Origin: an uncultured delta proteobacterium
GTDB lineage: Bacteria; Desulfobacterota; Binatia; HRBIN30; BPIQ01
NCBI GenBank assembly: GCA_963761335.1
Contig: CAVXGR010000018.1
Coordinates: 320,001-384,000, forward strand
Length of the DNA stretch: 64,000 nt
Direction: 5' to 3'
How positions within the stretch are numbered: position 1 is the stretch's first letter; every line of letters starts with the position of its first letter. The notes beneath the pieces were generated by a model. It worked only from the letters and a program-made list of their open reading frames with translations, had not been told where the DNA came from and searched no databases. A program made the position numbers and the translations under genes. Positions 52,678 to 61,846 of this stretch are shown here, piece after piece.

Positions 52678-53685
52678 GTGGCCACGGGCCAACGACGATC
52701 GCTTGCGGCGGTGGGAGAGTTCGGCGCCCTACGCCGACTGCTGCCGGAGCTGGGCGGCGGTCGGGGCGTCATCGTCGGCCCCGGGGACGACTGCGCCGTC
52801 GTGCGCGGCGGCGAGCGCTTGCTGCTGACCACGGATGTGCTGGTGGAGGGCGTCCACTTCGAGCGCTCCTGGCAGACGGCGACCGAGCTCGGGGCCAAGG
52901 CGGTGGCCGTCAACCTGAGCGATATTGCCGCCATGGGCGGTGAACCCCGCTACTGTCTGATGAGCATCGGCGTTCCCGGCAGCTACCCGTTTGCCGACAT
53001 GCGCGCCCTGCACCGCGGCGCGCAGCGCGCCGCCCGCGGCGCCGGCGCCTCGTTCGTGGGTGGCAACGTCTCGGCGGCCGAGAAGATCTTCATCTCCATC
53101 GCCGTCGTGGGCACCGCACCCCAGCGTCCGGCCCTGCGGCGCGGCGCCCGCAGCGGCGATTTCATCTTCGTCACCGGCACTCTCGGCGATGCGGCTGCGG
53201 GCCTGCGTCTGCTCCGCTCCGGGCATCGGCAGGGGAGCGCGGCGCGGGCCTTGGTGCGCCGCTTCATCGCTCCGACCCCGCGGCTCGAGGCCGGGCGCCG
53301 CCTGGTGAAGGCCGGGTTGGTGTCGTCGATGATCGACATCAGCGACGGCCTGGTGCAGGACCTCGGCCACGTCTGCGAGAGCAGTGGCCTCGGAGCGGTG
53401 GTGCTGAAGACCTTCATGCCGCTCTCCGCGGCCTACACGCGTACCATCGGTGACGATCCGGCGCTGGCCCTGTGCGGCGGCGAGGACTACGAGCTGCTCT
53501 TCACCGTGCCCGGAGCCAAGGTCGATCGGCTGCGCCGGCTGGCGCCGCGCCTCGAGTGCGGGCTGCGCTTCATCGGCCAGATGGTCACTCGCCCACTCGG
53601 GGTGCGCATCCAGGAGCGCAGCGGCAAGCTCACCACGCCGCGTGCCGGCGGGCATCAGCACTTTCAGCTCTCGTCCGGCTCTTGA
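52678..53685 (+). CDS. thiL: Thiamine-monophosphate kinase
   Basis: GDDCA, EGVHF, NLSDIAAMG, DISDGL..DL, GGEDYELLFT. Confidence 0.95.
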   Translation: MATGQRRSLAAVGEFGALRRLLPELGGGRGVIVGPGDDCAVVRGGERLLLTTDVLVEGVHFERSWQTATELGAKAVAVNLSDIAAMGGEPRYCLMSIGVPGSYPFADMRALHRGAQRAARGAGASFVGGNVSAAEKIFISIAVVGTAPQRPALRRGARSGDFIFVTGTLGDAAAGLRLLRSGHRQGSAARALVRRFIAPTPRLEAGRRLVKAGLVSSMIDISDGLVQDLGHVCESSGLGAVVLKTFMPLSAAYTRTIGDDPALALCGGEDYELLFTVPGAKVDRLRRLAPRLECGLRFIGQMVTRPLGVRIQERSGKLTTPRAGGHQHFQLSSGS

Positions 53686-53716
53686 CGCCGGCGAGGGCCG
53701 CGATCATGGTTCGGCC

Positions 53717-54469
53717 ATGGAGCGCGGACGCCTGCGAGATCTCCTGCGACAGGTCAGCGACGGGGACGTTTCCGTCGACGATGCCCTCGACAGCCTTGCG
53801 GTTCTGCCCTTCGAGGACCTCGGCTTTGCCAAGATCGACCACCACCGCTCTCTCCGCGTGGGCATGCCGGAGGTGATTTTCGGGGCCGGGAAAACGGGGA
53901 CGCAGATCGCGGCCATCGCCCGCCGCCTCCTCGACAGCAGCGTCAACCTGTTGATCACCCGCCTCGATGCCGAGCGCGCCGCCGAAGTGCGGCGCGCCAT
54001 TCCCGAGCTGCGTTACGACGAGCAGTCGCGTCTTGGCAGCGTGGTGCAGAAGGTCGCCTCGGTGGCGGTGCGCGGCACCATTTGCGTGATCTCCGCCGGC
54101 ACCTCGGATCTTCCGGTCGCCGAAGAGGCCGCCTCGACCGCCGAGCTGATGGGCAACCCCGTCGAGCGCCTGCACGACGTGGGTATCTCCGGGATCCACC
54201 GGCTGCTGGCCTTCCAGCAGCAGATCCGCCGGGCGGCGGTGCTGATCGTCGTGGCCGGCATGGAGGGCGCTCTCCCCAGCGTCGTCGGCGGCCTCGTCGA
54301 GCGTCCGGTGATCGCCGTGCCGACCAGCATCGGCTACGGAGCCAGCTTCGGCGGCCTCGCGGCGCTGCTCGCCATGCTGAACTCCTGCGCCGCCGGGATC
54401 ACCGTCGTCAACATCGACAACGGATTCGGCGCCGGCGTCGCCGCCAGCATCATCAACCGCGCCGAGTGA
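53717..54469 (+). CDS. larB: Nickel-pincer cofactor biosynthesis carboxylase LarB
   Basis: DHHR..R.G.PEVIFG.GK, AGTSD.PVAEEA, DVG.SG.HRL, AGMEGAL, NIDNGFGA. Confidence 0.92.
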   Translation: MERGRLRDLLRQVSDGDVSVDDALDSLAVLPFEDLGFAKIDHHRSLRVGMPEVIFGAGKTGTQIAAIARRLLDSSVNLLITRLDAERAAEVRRAIPELRYDEQSRLGSVVQKVASVAVRGTICVISAGTSDLPVAEEAASTAELMGNPVERLHDVGISGIHRLLAFQQQIRRAAVLIVVAGMEGALPSVVGGLVERPVIAVPTSIGYGASFGGLAALLAMLNSCAAGITVVNIDNGFGAGVAASIINRAE

Positions 54470-54489
54470 GGGTCCCATCGGATCGGTCC

Positions 54490-55749
54490 ATGCGCGCTCT
54501 CGTCTTCGACCACAGCTTGCCGCGCCTGGTGGCCACCAAGATGCTCGCCTCGCTTACTCCCCGGGCCTTCGTCGGGCCGCTGGCGCCGATGCAGATGCGG
54601 GAGCTGCCCGACCCGGTTCCTCCCGCCGACGACTGGGTGGTGGTCCGCACCGCCCTGTGCGGCCTGTGCGGCAGCGATTACAAGCAGGTGTTTCTCAACG
54701 GTCGCATCGACAACCCGATGACGGCCCTGGTCTCGTTTCCGCAAGTGCTCGGGCACGAGATCGTCGGCACCATCGAGAGCGTCGGGCCGGCGGTCACCCG
54801 TCGTCGCGTCGGTGAGCGGGTGGTGGTGAACCCGTGGCTGTCGTGCGCGCCGCGGGGCATCCGGCCGCCGTGCGCGGCCTGTGCGGCGGGCGATCTGTCG
54901 CTGTGCGAGAACTTTGCCCGCGGCCATCTGGCACGCGGTATCCACACCGGCAACAGCTCCACGGCCACCGGAGGCTTCGCACCGCTGCTGCCGGCGCATG
55001 AGTCGATGTGCTTTCCGCTGCCGCCTGAGGTCTCCTTCGAAACCGCGGTGCTCGCCGATCCGTTCTCGGTCTCCTTCCACGCAGTGATCCGCAATCCGCC
55101 TCCCGAAGGGGGCACGGCTCTGGTGTATGGCTGCGGCACGCTCGGACTGCTGTCGATCGCCATTCTGCGGCGCCTTTATCCGGGGATGCGCATCGGTGCA
55201 GTCGCGCGTTACCCACATCAGCGTCGGCTGGCGCAGCAGTTGGGCGCCGGCGAGGTTTTCGACTGGCGTCCCACTGGTCGTCTCATCGAGGAGGTGGCGA
55301 CCTGGTGCGGTGCCGAAGTGCTGCGCCCCTGGAACGGCCAGCCGATGCTCAACGGCGGTGTCGGCGTCATCTACGACTCGGTGGGTTCGGCGGAGTCGCT
55401 GGAGGTCGGTGTGCGCGTCGCCCGCCCCCGCTCGCGTATCGTGGTGACCGGAGTGGAGATCCCGCGCAAGTTCGAGTGGACGCCGATGTACTTCAAGGAG
55501 ATCTCGCTAGTGGGATCCAACGCCTTCGCGGTGGAGGAGTACGGAGGGCGGCGCCAGCACGCCATGGAGTGGTACCTGGAGCTGGCGCGCTCGGGAGATG
55601 TCGATTTGAACGCGCTTCTCACCCATCGCTTTGCTCTCGTCGACTACCGCGAGGCCTTCATGGCCTGCTACGACCAGGGGCGCAGCGGTGCGGTGAAGGT
55701 GCTGTTCGACTTTCGTCAGGAGGCGGGAAGCTCACTCGCCGGGCGTTGA
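54490..55749 (+). CDS. Zn-dependent medium-chain dehydrogenase
   Basis: CGSD, GHE..G, four structural Cys, G.GTLG. Confidence 0.88.
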   Translation: MRALVFDHSLPRLVATKMLASLTPRAFVGPLAPMQMRELPDPVPPADDWVVVRTALCGLCGSDYKQVFLNGRIDNPMTALVSFPQVLGHEIVGTIESVGPAVTRRRVGERVVVNPWLSCAPRGIRPPCAACAAGDLSLCENFARGHLARGIHTGNSSTATGGFAPLLPAHESMCFPLPPEVSFETAVLADPFSVSFHAVIRNPPPEGGTALVYGCGTLGLLSIAILRRLYPGMRIGAVARYPHQRRLAQQLGAGEVFDWRPTGRLIEEVATWCGAEVLRPWNGQPMLNGGVGVIYDSVGSAESLEVGVRVARPRSRIVVTGVEIPRKFEWTPMYFKEISLVGSNAFAVEEYGGRRQHAMEWYLELARSGDVDLNALLTHRFALVDYREAFMACYDQGRSGAVKVLFDFRQEAGSSLAGR

Positions 55750-55867
55750 CGCCTCGGCCAAAGCGGCATCCCCCCGCAGCTGAAGCGCGCGTCTTCTGCC
55801 CGATCGTGGAAAGGGCGCCCGCTCTCCCGGATTGCTTCGGCGGCGGAGGCGGCGTACTGCGATTTCC

Positions 55868-56638
55868 ATGAGCGATCCGGTCAAGCATAAGGTTCAGGAG
55901 CAGTTCGGTCGCGCCGCCGCGGCCTATGTCACCAGCGAGATCCACGCCCTCGGCGAGAGCCTCGGGCTGTTGCTCCGGGAGGTCCAGCCACAGCCCGACT
56001 GGGAAGCGGTGGATGTCGCCACCGGCGCCGGGCACTGCGCCCTGGCCTTCGCTCCCCGCGTGGGCTCGATGATCGCCGCCGATCTGACCGAGGCCATGCT
56101 GGAGACCACGGCGCGCCTGGCGGCCGAGCGCGGCGTTGCGAATCTCAGCACACGCCGGGCCGACGCCGAGGATCTGCCCTTTGCCGACGGCTCCGCGGAC
56201 CTGGTCACCTGCCGACTCGCCTTTCACCATTTTCCACATCCGGGACTCGCCATGGCCGAGATGGCCCGTGTGCTGCGCCCCGGCGGCCGCCTGGGATTCA
56301 CCGACAACATCGTCGTGCAGGACGCGGCCTCGGCGGAGCATTACAACGCCTTCGAGAGGCTGCGCGATCCGTCGCATCACGAGGTGCTGCCGCTGGCACG
56401 GCTTCTCGATCTGGTCGAGGGCACCGGACTGCACGTCCTCTCCACGCGTCGGCTCAGCAAGGAGATGGAGTTTGGCGATTGGTGTGACCGCCAGCAGGTC
56501 TCCGCTGGCGATCGCCGCCTCCTCTTGCAGATGGCGCGCCAGCTTCCCGCGCCGCTGGTGCCACTTCTCCGTCCCCGCTGGGCGGACGAGACTCTCCACT
56601 TCACCCTTTGGGAGGTGGTTTTGGTCGCCGAGAAGTAG
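55868..56638 (+). CDS. Class I SAM-dependent methyltransferase
   Basis: VDVATGAGH, DAEDLPF.D.S.DLV, AFHHF, RVLRPGG. Confidence 0.9.
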   Translation: MSDPVKHKVQEQFGRAAAAYVTSEIHALGESLGLLLREVQPQPDWEAVDVATGAGHCALAFAPRVGSMIAADLTEAMLETTARLAAERGVANLSTRRADAEDLPFADGSADLVTCRLAFHHFPHPGLAMAEMARVLRPGGRLGFTDNIVVQDAASAEHYNAFERLRDPSHHEVLPLARLLDLVEGTGLHVLSTRRLSKEMEFGDWCDRQQVSAGDRRLLLQMARQLPAPLVPLLRPRWADETLHFTLWEVVLVAEK

Positions 56639-56845
56639 GAGCAGTAGATCGGCAGCGCCGGTGTCCGGTCGCTCGGTTCCTGCCCTCTCGCTTGCTCTTT
56701 CGCATGTAACGGCGCAACCCGGAGAACGGAGCTTTTCGTCGAGCCGAATCAGGCGCCAAACCGGTCCCACCTGGAATAGCGCTTTCTTGTCACCTGCCAC
56801 GACGGAGTTCCTCCTGTTCCACTGCGGGGAAGGCGGATCGGCGAT

Positions 56846-56861
56846 GGGCACACGCCTTGCT
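56846..56861 (+). promoter_or_regulatory. Sigma54 -24/-12 promoter candidate
   Basis: GGGCAC-ACGCC-TTGCT, 22 nt upstream of ATG 56884 (GAGGAG RBS). Confidence 0.7.
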
Positions 56862-56883
56862 CTTTGCCCCTGGACGAGGAGCG

Positions 56884-59310
56884 ATGAGCGCTGCGACGAA
56901 TACGGTTAGAAACGGTACTGGAGCCCGAGCGCTTCTGCGATTCCTGCAGCGCGAAGGGCATTTGTCGGCGGCCGATGCCTTGCGCTTCGAGCAGATGGCC
57001 ATGCACGACGAGCTCTCGGCGCAGGAGGTTCTCGAGCGCGAGGGCGTGATTGTGGAGAAAGACCTGGCGTCGCTTCTGGCGCGCTCGCTGCGCCTGCCGC
57101 TTGTCGATCTGACCTCGATTGCTCCGGAACCACACGTGGTGCGGGCCGTGAAGGAGAGTATCGCCTCGACCTACGGAGTGGTGCCGTTGCGGCTCGATGA
57201 CGGCCTGATTGAGGTGGCCACGGCAAACCCCCTCGACCTGGAAGCGCTGAAGGCGGTGGAGTTTGCCACCGGCCGTCGGGCGCAGGCGTCAGTCGCCACG
57301 CGCAGCGACATTCGCGATGCCCTGGCGCACATGTACCGTTTCGAGGAGTCGCTCGAGCAGTTCCTGCAGAACGTCCCTCCGGGCGAGTCGCTGACGCTCA
57401 CCGAGCTGCGCGACGAGCCCACCGATCTGCGCAAGATGGCCCGCGATGCCGAGCTGCCGCCGGTCGTCAAGCTCGCCGATCTGATACTGATCGATGGGAT
57501 CAAGGGGGGTGCCAGCGATGTCCACATCGAGCCCAGCTCGGACGGAATCGCGGTCCGCTTCCGCATCGACGGCATTCTCGAAGAGTCCTTCCGCTTTCCG
57601 AAATGGGTGCAGAATCCGCTGACGTCGCGGTTCAAGGTGATGGCCAAGCTCGACATCACCGAGCGCCGCGTGCCTCAGGATGGGCGCATCCAGGTGCGCT
57701 ATCGCGAGGGCCTGATCGACCTGCGCGTCTCCAGCATGCCGACGCACCACGGCGAGAAGATCACCCTGCGGATTCTCGATGCCAGCAGCAACCTCCGCAG
57801 CCTGCTGAATCTCGGCCTGAACACCGGTGACGTGCAGCGCGTGCGCGACGCCATTGGGCGACCGGATGGCATGATCCTCTCGACCGGGCCGACCGGAAGC
57901 GGCAAGACCACCACCCTCTACGCGCTGATTCGGGAAGTCTACTCCCCGTCGGTGAACATCGTCACCATCGAGAACCCCATCGAGTACCACATCACCGGCA
58001 TCAACCAGGTGGAGGTCGACGAGAAACAGGGACGCTCGTTTTCGGGCATCCTCCGCTCGACGCTGCGGCAGGACCCGGACGTCATCCTCATCGGCGAAAT
58101 CCGCGACGCCGAGACGGCGAAGATCGCCGCCCAGGCGGCGCAGACCGGGCATCTGGTTCTGAGCACGCTGCACACCAACGACGCCGCTTCCACGATTACC
58201 AGGCTCCTCGATCTGGGGGTCGATCCCTTCGTCATCGCCTCGTCGTTGAGCCTGATCATCGCCCAGCGACTCGTGCGGCGCGTTTGCCCCGCCTGCAGCG
58301 CTCCGTACGAGCCCGCCGATGAGAGCCGCAGGCTGCTGCGACTCGCGGACTACCGCAAAGAGTATCGCCGCGGGCTCGGCTGCCCGCAGTGCCGCCAGAG
58401 TGGCTATCGAGGCCGCGTCGGCGTCTTCGAGGTGCTTCCGATCACGCCGGCGCTGGCGCAGCTGATCGAGAGCGGCGCGGCGCAGAGCGCCATCCGGCAG
58501 CAGGCGCGCAGCGAGGGATTCAGCACCCTGCTCGAGGACTCGGTCACCAAGCTGAAGAGTGGGGCGACCACCGCCGAAGAGGTGCTGCGCGTCGTGCAGG
58601 TTGCCGAGATGCTGCCGACCTGCCCGTCGTGTGGTGGCGAGATCGACGAAAGCTTCTCCGTCTGCCCCCACTGCCGCGCCGTGCTGCGCCCCAACTGCGC
58701 CAGCTGCGGCAAGATGCTGAGCAGCGCCTGGGTGACGTGCCCGTACTGCGGCGGCAAGAGCAACGGGGAACCAGCCGCCGTCGAAGCGGCGGCCGCCGCA
58801 GTATCGCCGCCGGCGTTGAAGGAGATGCCGGCGCCGGAGCCGGCCCGCAGCTTGAAGGCGCTCGTCGTCGACGATGACCCCGACCTCCGGCGCATCGTCC
58901 GCCTGACGCTCGAGGGGGCGAAGCTCGGCCTCACGGTGATGACGGCGCAGGACGGGGTCGAGGCGCTGGAGCTTGCCGACATCGAGCGCCCCGACATCGT
59001 CGTTCTCGACCTGTCGATGCCGGTGATGGACGGCTTCGAGGTGTGTCGCCGGCTGCGCGCCGACATGCGGACGGCCTTCGTGCCCATTCTCATGCTCACC
59101 GCGAAGGACGGCTCACAAGATGTCACCAAGGGATTCCAGGTGGGTACCGACGACTACCTCGTCAAGCCTGTGCGCCGGGAGGAGTTGATCGCGCGCATCC
59201 GCCGGATGCTGGAACGCACCTATGGCTCCGATACTGTCGAGCGCTCCGCCACCATGGCTGCCACCATGGCTGCCGCGGCGGAGGTACGTTCCTCGGGGAC
59301 CGATGGATGA
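56884..59310 (+). CDS. PilB/GspE-family ATPase with C-terminal double zinc ribbon and receiver domain
   Basis: GPTGSGKTTT, RQDPD..IGEIRD, GHLVLSTLHTND; four extra CxxC at 58621-58749; receiver motifs VDDD, LDLSMP.MDG, MLTA, KP. Confidence 0.9.
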   Translation: MSAATNTVRNGTGARALLRFLQREGHLSAADALRFEQMAMHDELSAQEVLEREGVIVEKDLASLLARSLRLPLVDLTSIAPEPHVVRAVKESIASTYGVVPLRLDDGLIEVATANPLDLEALKAVEFATGRRAQASVATRSDIRDALAHMYRFEESLEQFLQNVPPGESLTLTELRDEPTDLRKMARDAELPPVVKLADLILIDGIKGGASDVHIEPSSDGIAVRFRIDGILEESFRFPKWVQNPLTSRFKVMAKLDITERRVPQDGRIQVRYREGLIDLRVSSMPTHHGEKITLRILDASSNLRSLLNLGLNTGDVQRVRDAIGRPDGMILSTGPTGSGKTTTLYALIREVYSPSVNIVTIENPIEYHITGINQVEVDEKQGRSFSGILRSTLRQDPDVILIGEIRDAETAKIAAQAAQTGHLVLSTLHTNDAASTITRLLDLGVDPFVIASSLSLIIAQRLVRRVCPACSAPYEPADESRRLLRLADYRKEYRRGLGCPQCRQSGYRGRVGVFEVLPITPALAQLIESGAAQSAIRQQARSEGFSTLLEDSVTKLKSGATTAEEVLRVVQVAEMLPTCPSCGGEIDESFSVCPHCRAVLRPNCASCGKMLSSAWVTCPYCGGKSNGEPAAVEAAAAAVSPPALKEMPAPEPARSLKALVVDDDPDLRRIVRLTLEGAKLGLTVMTAQDGVEALELADIERPDIVVLDLSMPVMDGFEVCRRLRADMRTAFVPILMLTAKDGSQDVTKGFQVGTDDYLVKPVRREELIARIRRMLERTYGSDTVERSATMAATMAAAAEVRSSGTDG

Positions 59311-59322
59311 CCGCGAGTTGAA

Positions 59323-60117
59323 ATGATCGGAGAGTCCGAAGCTACCGGCGAGCTCGGCCGCTACGAGGCGCAGCGGCGCGCCCTGGGAAATCTGCTCGGT
59401 CGGTTCACCGCCGACCGCGACGCCTTGATTGCCTCGATCCAGGCGTGTGAGGAGCAGATCGCCAGCCTCAATGCGCGCCTCGATTCTGGCGCCGGTGAGG
59501 TGCGGGCGACGGCTGATCCATCGGCCGCGACAAAGACCGTCGATCTCGACGCCGTGCGACAGATGCTCGACGAGCTGCGGGCCGAGCAGCGCCGCTCGGC
59601 TCTGCAGCAGCGCGAGGAGATCGACAAGACCAGGCAGCGCGCTGATGAGGCGATGGACGCTGTCGAGGCGCTGACGGAGCCGGCGGCCGCTGACCAGACC
59701 GCCGTCGACGAGATGCGCGGCGAGCTCGAGCGAATGTCGCATCGCTTGCAGCAGCTGGAGAATGCCCTCGAGCGACAGCTCGGCTCGCTGCAGCAGACCG
59801 TCGATGCGGCACAGGCCGGCTCGATTGCTCGGCTACAGGAGCAGCTGACGCCGCTGCAGGCGGAGATCTCCGCCGTGCAGTCGGATCTGGCACGCCTCTC
59901 GGAGAGTGCGACCAACGAGCCGCGACTCCGTGGCCGCGCCATCGCCGAGGGCCTCAAAGAACTACAGGCGGCGACCCTGGACGATCTTCGCGCTCAGGTC
60001 GAGGCGCTCCGGGGTGCAGCGGCCGCCGGGCCGGTCATTCGGCAGGTGTGGAATGCGCTTCTCCTGTGCGGCCTGGCGAGTGCCGTCGGCATCGCCGTTC
60101 TCTCCTCGATTCACTGA
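59323..60117 (+). CDS. Coiled-coil protein with C-terminal TM anchor
   Basis: Heptad-rich E/Q/L/A/R sequence; hydrophobic C-terminus; 12 nt after the ATPase. Confidence 0.72.
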   Translation: MIGESEATGELGRYEAQRRALGNLLGRFTADRDALIASIQACEEQIASLNARLDSGAGEVRATADPSAATKTVDLDAVRQMLDELRAEQRRSALQQREEIDKTRQRADEAMDAVEALTEPAAADQTAVDEMRGELERMSHRLQQLENALERQLGSLQQTVDAAQAGSIARLQEQLTPLQAEISAVQSDLARLSESATNEPRLRGRAIAEGLKELQAATLDDLRAQVEALRGAAAAGPVIRQVWNALLLCGLASAVGIAVLSSIH

Positions 60118-60125
60118 GCGGCCGC

Positions 60126-60542
60126 TCAGCGGGAGCGCCGCTGGCTCGGCGCGGGATCGTGGTGCGCCCGCTCGAGGATGACGTATCCCGGCAAGTTCGC
60201 GGCCCGCAGGGCGTCGCGAACGATCACCGGCAGGTGCGGGTAGGCCGTCTTGCCGTCGACGATGCGCGGCTTGCGCAGCGGGTAGGTCCGACCCATCTGC
60301 ACGACTTCGCAGCCGCCGGCCTTGACGATGTTGCGCGCCCAGTCGACGTCGCGTCCGTAGGTCATGGGAATCACGAAGCGAGTCGCGGTGTGGAAGGCCA
60401 CCACCGGGCTGTTGTAGCGCCGGCCGCTCTTGCGGCCGACATGGTGCACCACCGCCAGGGGTGGAACCAACCAGGCCACGGTCCCCATGACGGGGTTGGT
60501 GAAGACGCGGTTGACGCTCCGCATGAAGCGCGGCAAGTGCAT
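60126..60542 (-). CDS. Deazaflavin(F420)-dependent nitroreductase-family protein
   Basis: H.GRKSGR.Y.SPV, YG...DW.RN..AGG. Confidence 0.75.
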   Translation of the reverse strand: MHLPRFMRSVNRVFTNPVMGTVAWLVPPLAVVHHVGRKSGRRYNSPVVAFHTATRFVIPMTYGRDVDWARNIVKAGGCEVVQMGRTYPLRKPRIVDGKTAYPHLPVIVRDALRAANLPGYVILERAHHDPAPSQRRSR

Positions 60543-60575
60543 CGCGACGGAGCATAGCGCCGCGGATGTCGCGAA

Positions 60576-61172
60576 TCAACGCGGCGCGCCGGAGGTGGTC
60601 GGGAGCTTCCAGCGCCGCAACTGAAACTTGGCGCGATCGTGCAGAAAGATCTGCGGCTGACGCATGACGCCTGCCGCCGTCGCCGCCCAGTTGCGGGGGA
60701 GGTGGGACACCATGGCGTCGTCGACGATCAGCAGCTCGGCGTCGCGGCAGCCGTGCGCCAAGGCGCTCGGGTGTCCCTCGAACACCCATACGCTGTGTCC
60801 GATGTAGGCGAAGGCGAGGAGCAGGCTGGCGAAGGGAATTGCGCGGTCGACATCGGTGCGCAGCGCCTGCAGATCGGTGTTGGCGATGGCGGCGATCCGA
60901 CGCTGCGGCTGCGACGGGACGATCTTCTCGATCTCCTCCACCTGCTCCGGCGGCATCGACCCGGGAGTGCGGCAGGGCTGCATCATCAGCGTGCGGCTCG
61001 GAGTCACGATCACCAGCTCGCGGCTGCCGTCCGCCGAGCTGCGCGCTGCCGCGGTCCGTGCCCGCGCGAACAGCGACGCCGGATCGACCGCAGCGTCGAT
61101 CTCGGGCATGTGCGGCTCGAACGGATCGGGTCGACTCGGGCCACCGAGGCGGCTACGCAGCTTCTCGAACAT
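60576..61172 (-). CDS. Hypothetical cytoplasmic protein
   Basis: Protein-like composition and host-like codon use; family not recognised. Confidence 0.6.
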   Translation of the reverse strand: MFEKLRSRLGGPSRPDPFEPHMPEIDAAVDPASLFARARTAAARSSADGSRELVIVTPSRTLMMQPCRTPGSMPPEQVEEIEKIVPSQPQRRIAAIANTDLQALRTDVDRAIPFASLLLAFAYIGHSVWVFEGHPSALAHGCRDAELLIVDDAMVSHLPRNWAATAAGVMRQPQIFLHDRAKFQLRRWKLPTTSGAPR

Positions 61173-61320
61173 TTCGGGTGTTCTACGCGATCCGGCGCTG
61201 TGGCGCCAGACGGCGAGACGGAAGGGATCGCCCATCCGAATGGTTCAAATGCCGAATATCATCTGCTATAGGACGCAGACGACACGCCAACAGAGGGCCG
61301 TTGGGGTGGAGGAGGTTGGA

Positions 61321-61692
61321 ATGGCGCAGTTTCGAGTGAGGCGGGTGGTGGTGATAGGGGCGTTGGCGGTTGCCGCTGCTCTCGTCCCGTGCCGGACAGT
61401 TGTCGCTCAGGCAGAGCCGCGATACGAGCGACCCGTCAACGCCGACCAAGGCGATGAAGAGGGCGGGCGCGCCATCGTCTGGGTCGGCACCGTGGCCACG
61501 AACTTGTTTTATATCCCGGCCAAGGTCGTCTGGGCGGGTCTCGGCGGTCTCATCGGCAGCTTCGCCTGGGCGATCACCGGGTTCGACGCGGGCGCCGCCA
61601 AGAGCGTCTGGGGTCCCACGACAGGTGGCAACTATCTGGTCACGCCGGCAATGCTGGAAGGGAAGGAAGAAGTACATTTCTTCGGGCAGTGA
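61321..61692 (+). CDS. Small exported/membrane hypothetical protein
   Basis: GGAGG RBS, signal peptide, hydrophobic Y.PAK...A..GG..G segment. Confidence 0.7.
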   Translation: MAQFRVRRVVVIGALAVAAALVPCRTVVAQAEPRYERPVNADQGDEEGGRAIVWVGTVATNLFYIPAKVVWAGLGGLIGSFAWAITGFDAGAAKSVWGPTTGGNYLVTPAMLEGKEEVHFFGQ

Positions 61693-61759
61693 CCCGCTCG
61701 CCGGGTCGTGTTGCCCGCCCGCAGCCTTTCCGCTACAGTCGGCGACCGTTGGCCAGAAT

Positions 61760-61832
61760 GGGGCTGTAGCTCAGTTGGGAGAGCGCCTGAATGGCATTCA
61801 GGAGGTCGACGGTTCGACTCCGTTCAGCTCCA
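61760..61832 (+). tRNA. tRNA-Ala(GGC), CCA not encoded
   Basis: Acceptor GGGGCTG/CAGCTCC with G3:U70; anticodon arm CCTGA-ATGGCAT-TCAGG; TTCGA T-loop. Confidence 0.97.
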
Positions 61833-61846
61833 CTCCTCGGAAGGCC

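Noticed and set aside
61760..61832. tRNA-Ala as an island integration site
   Set aside because: No integrase, no duplicated tRNA 3' end seen, and the downstream gene has host-like composition
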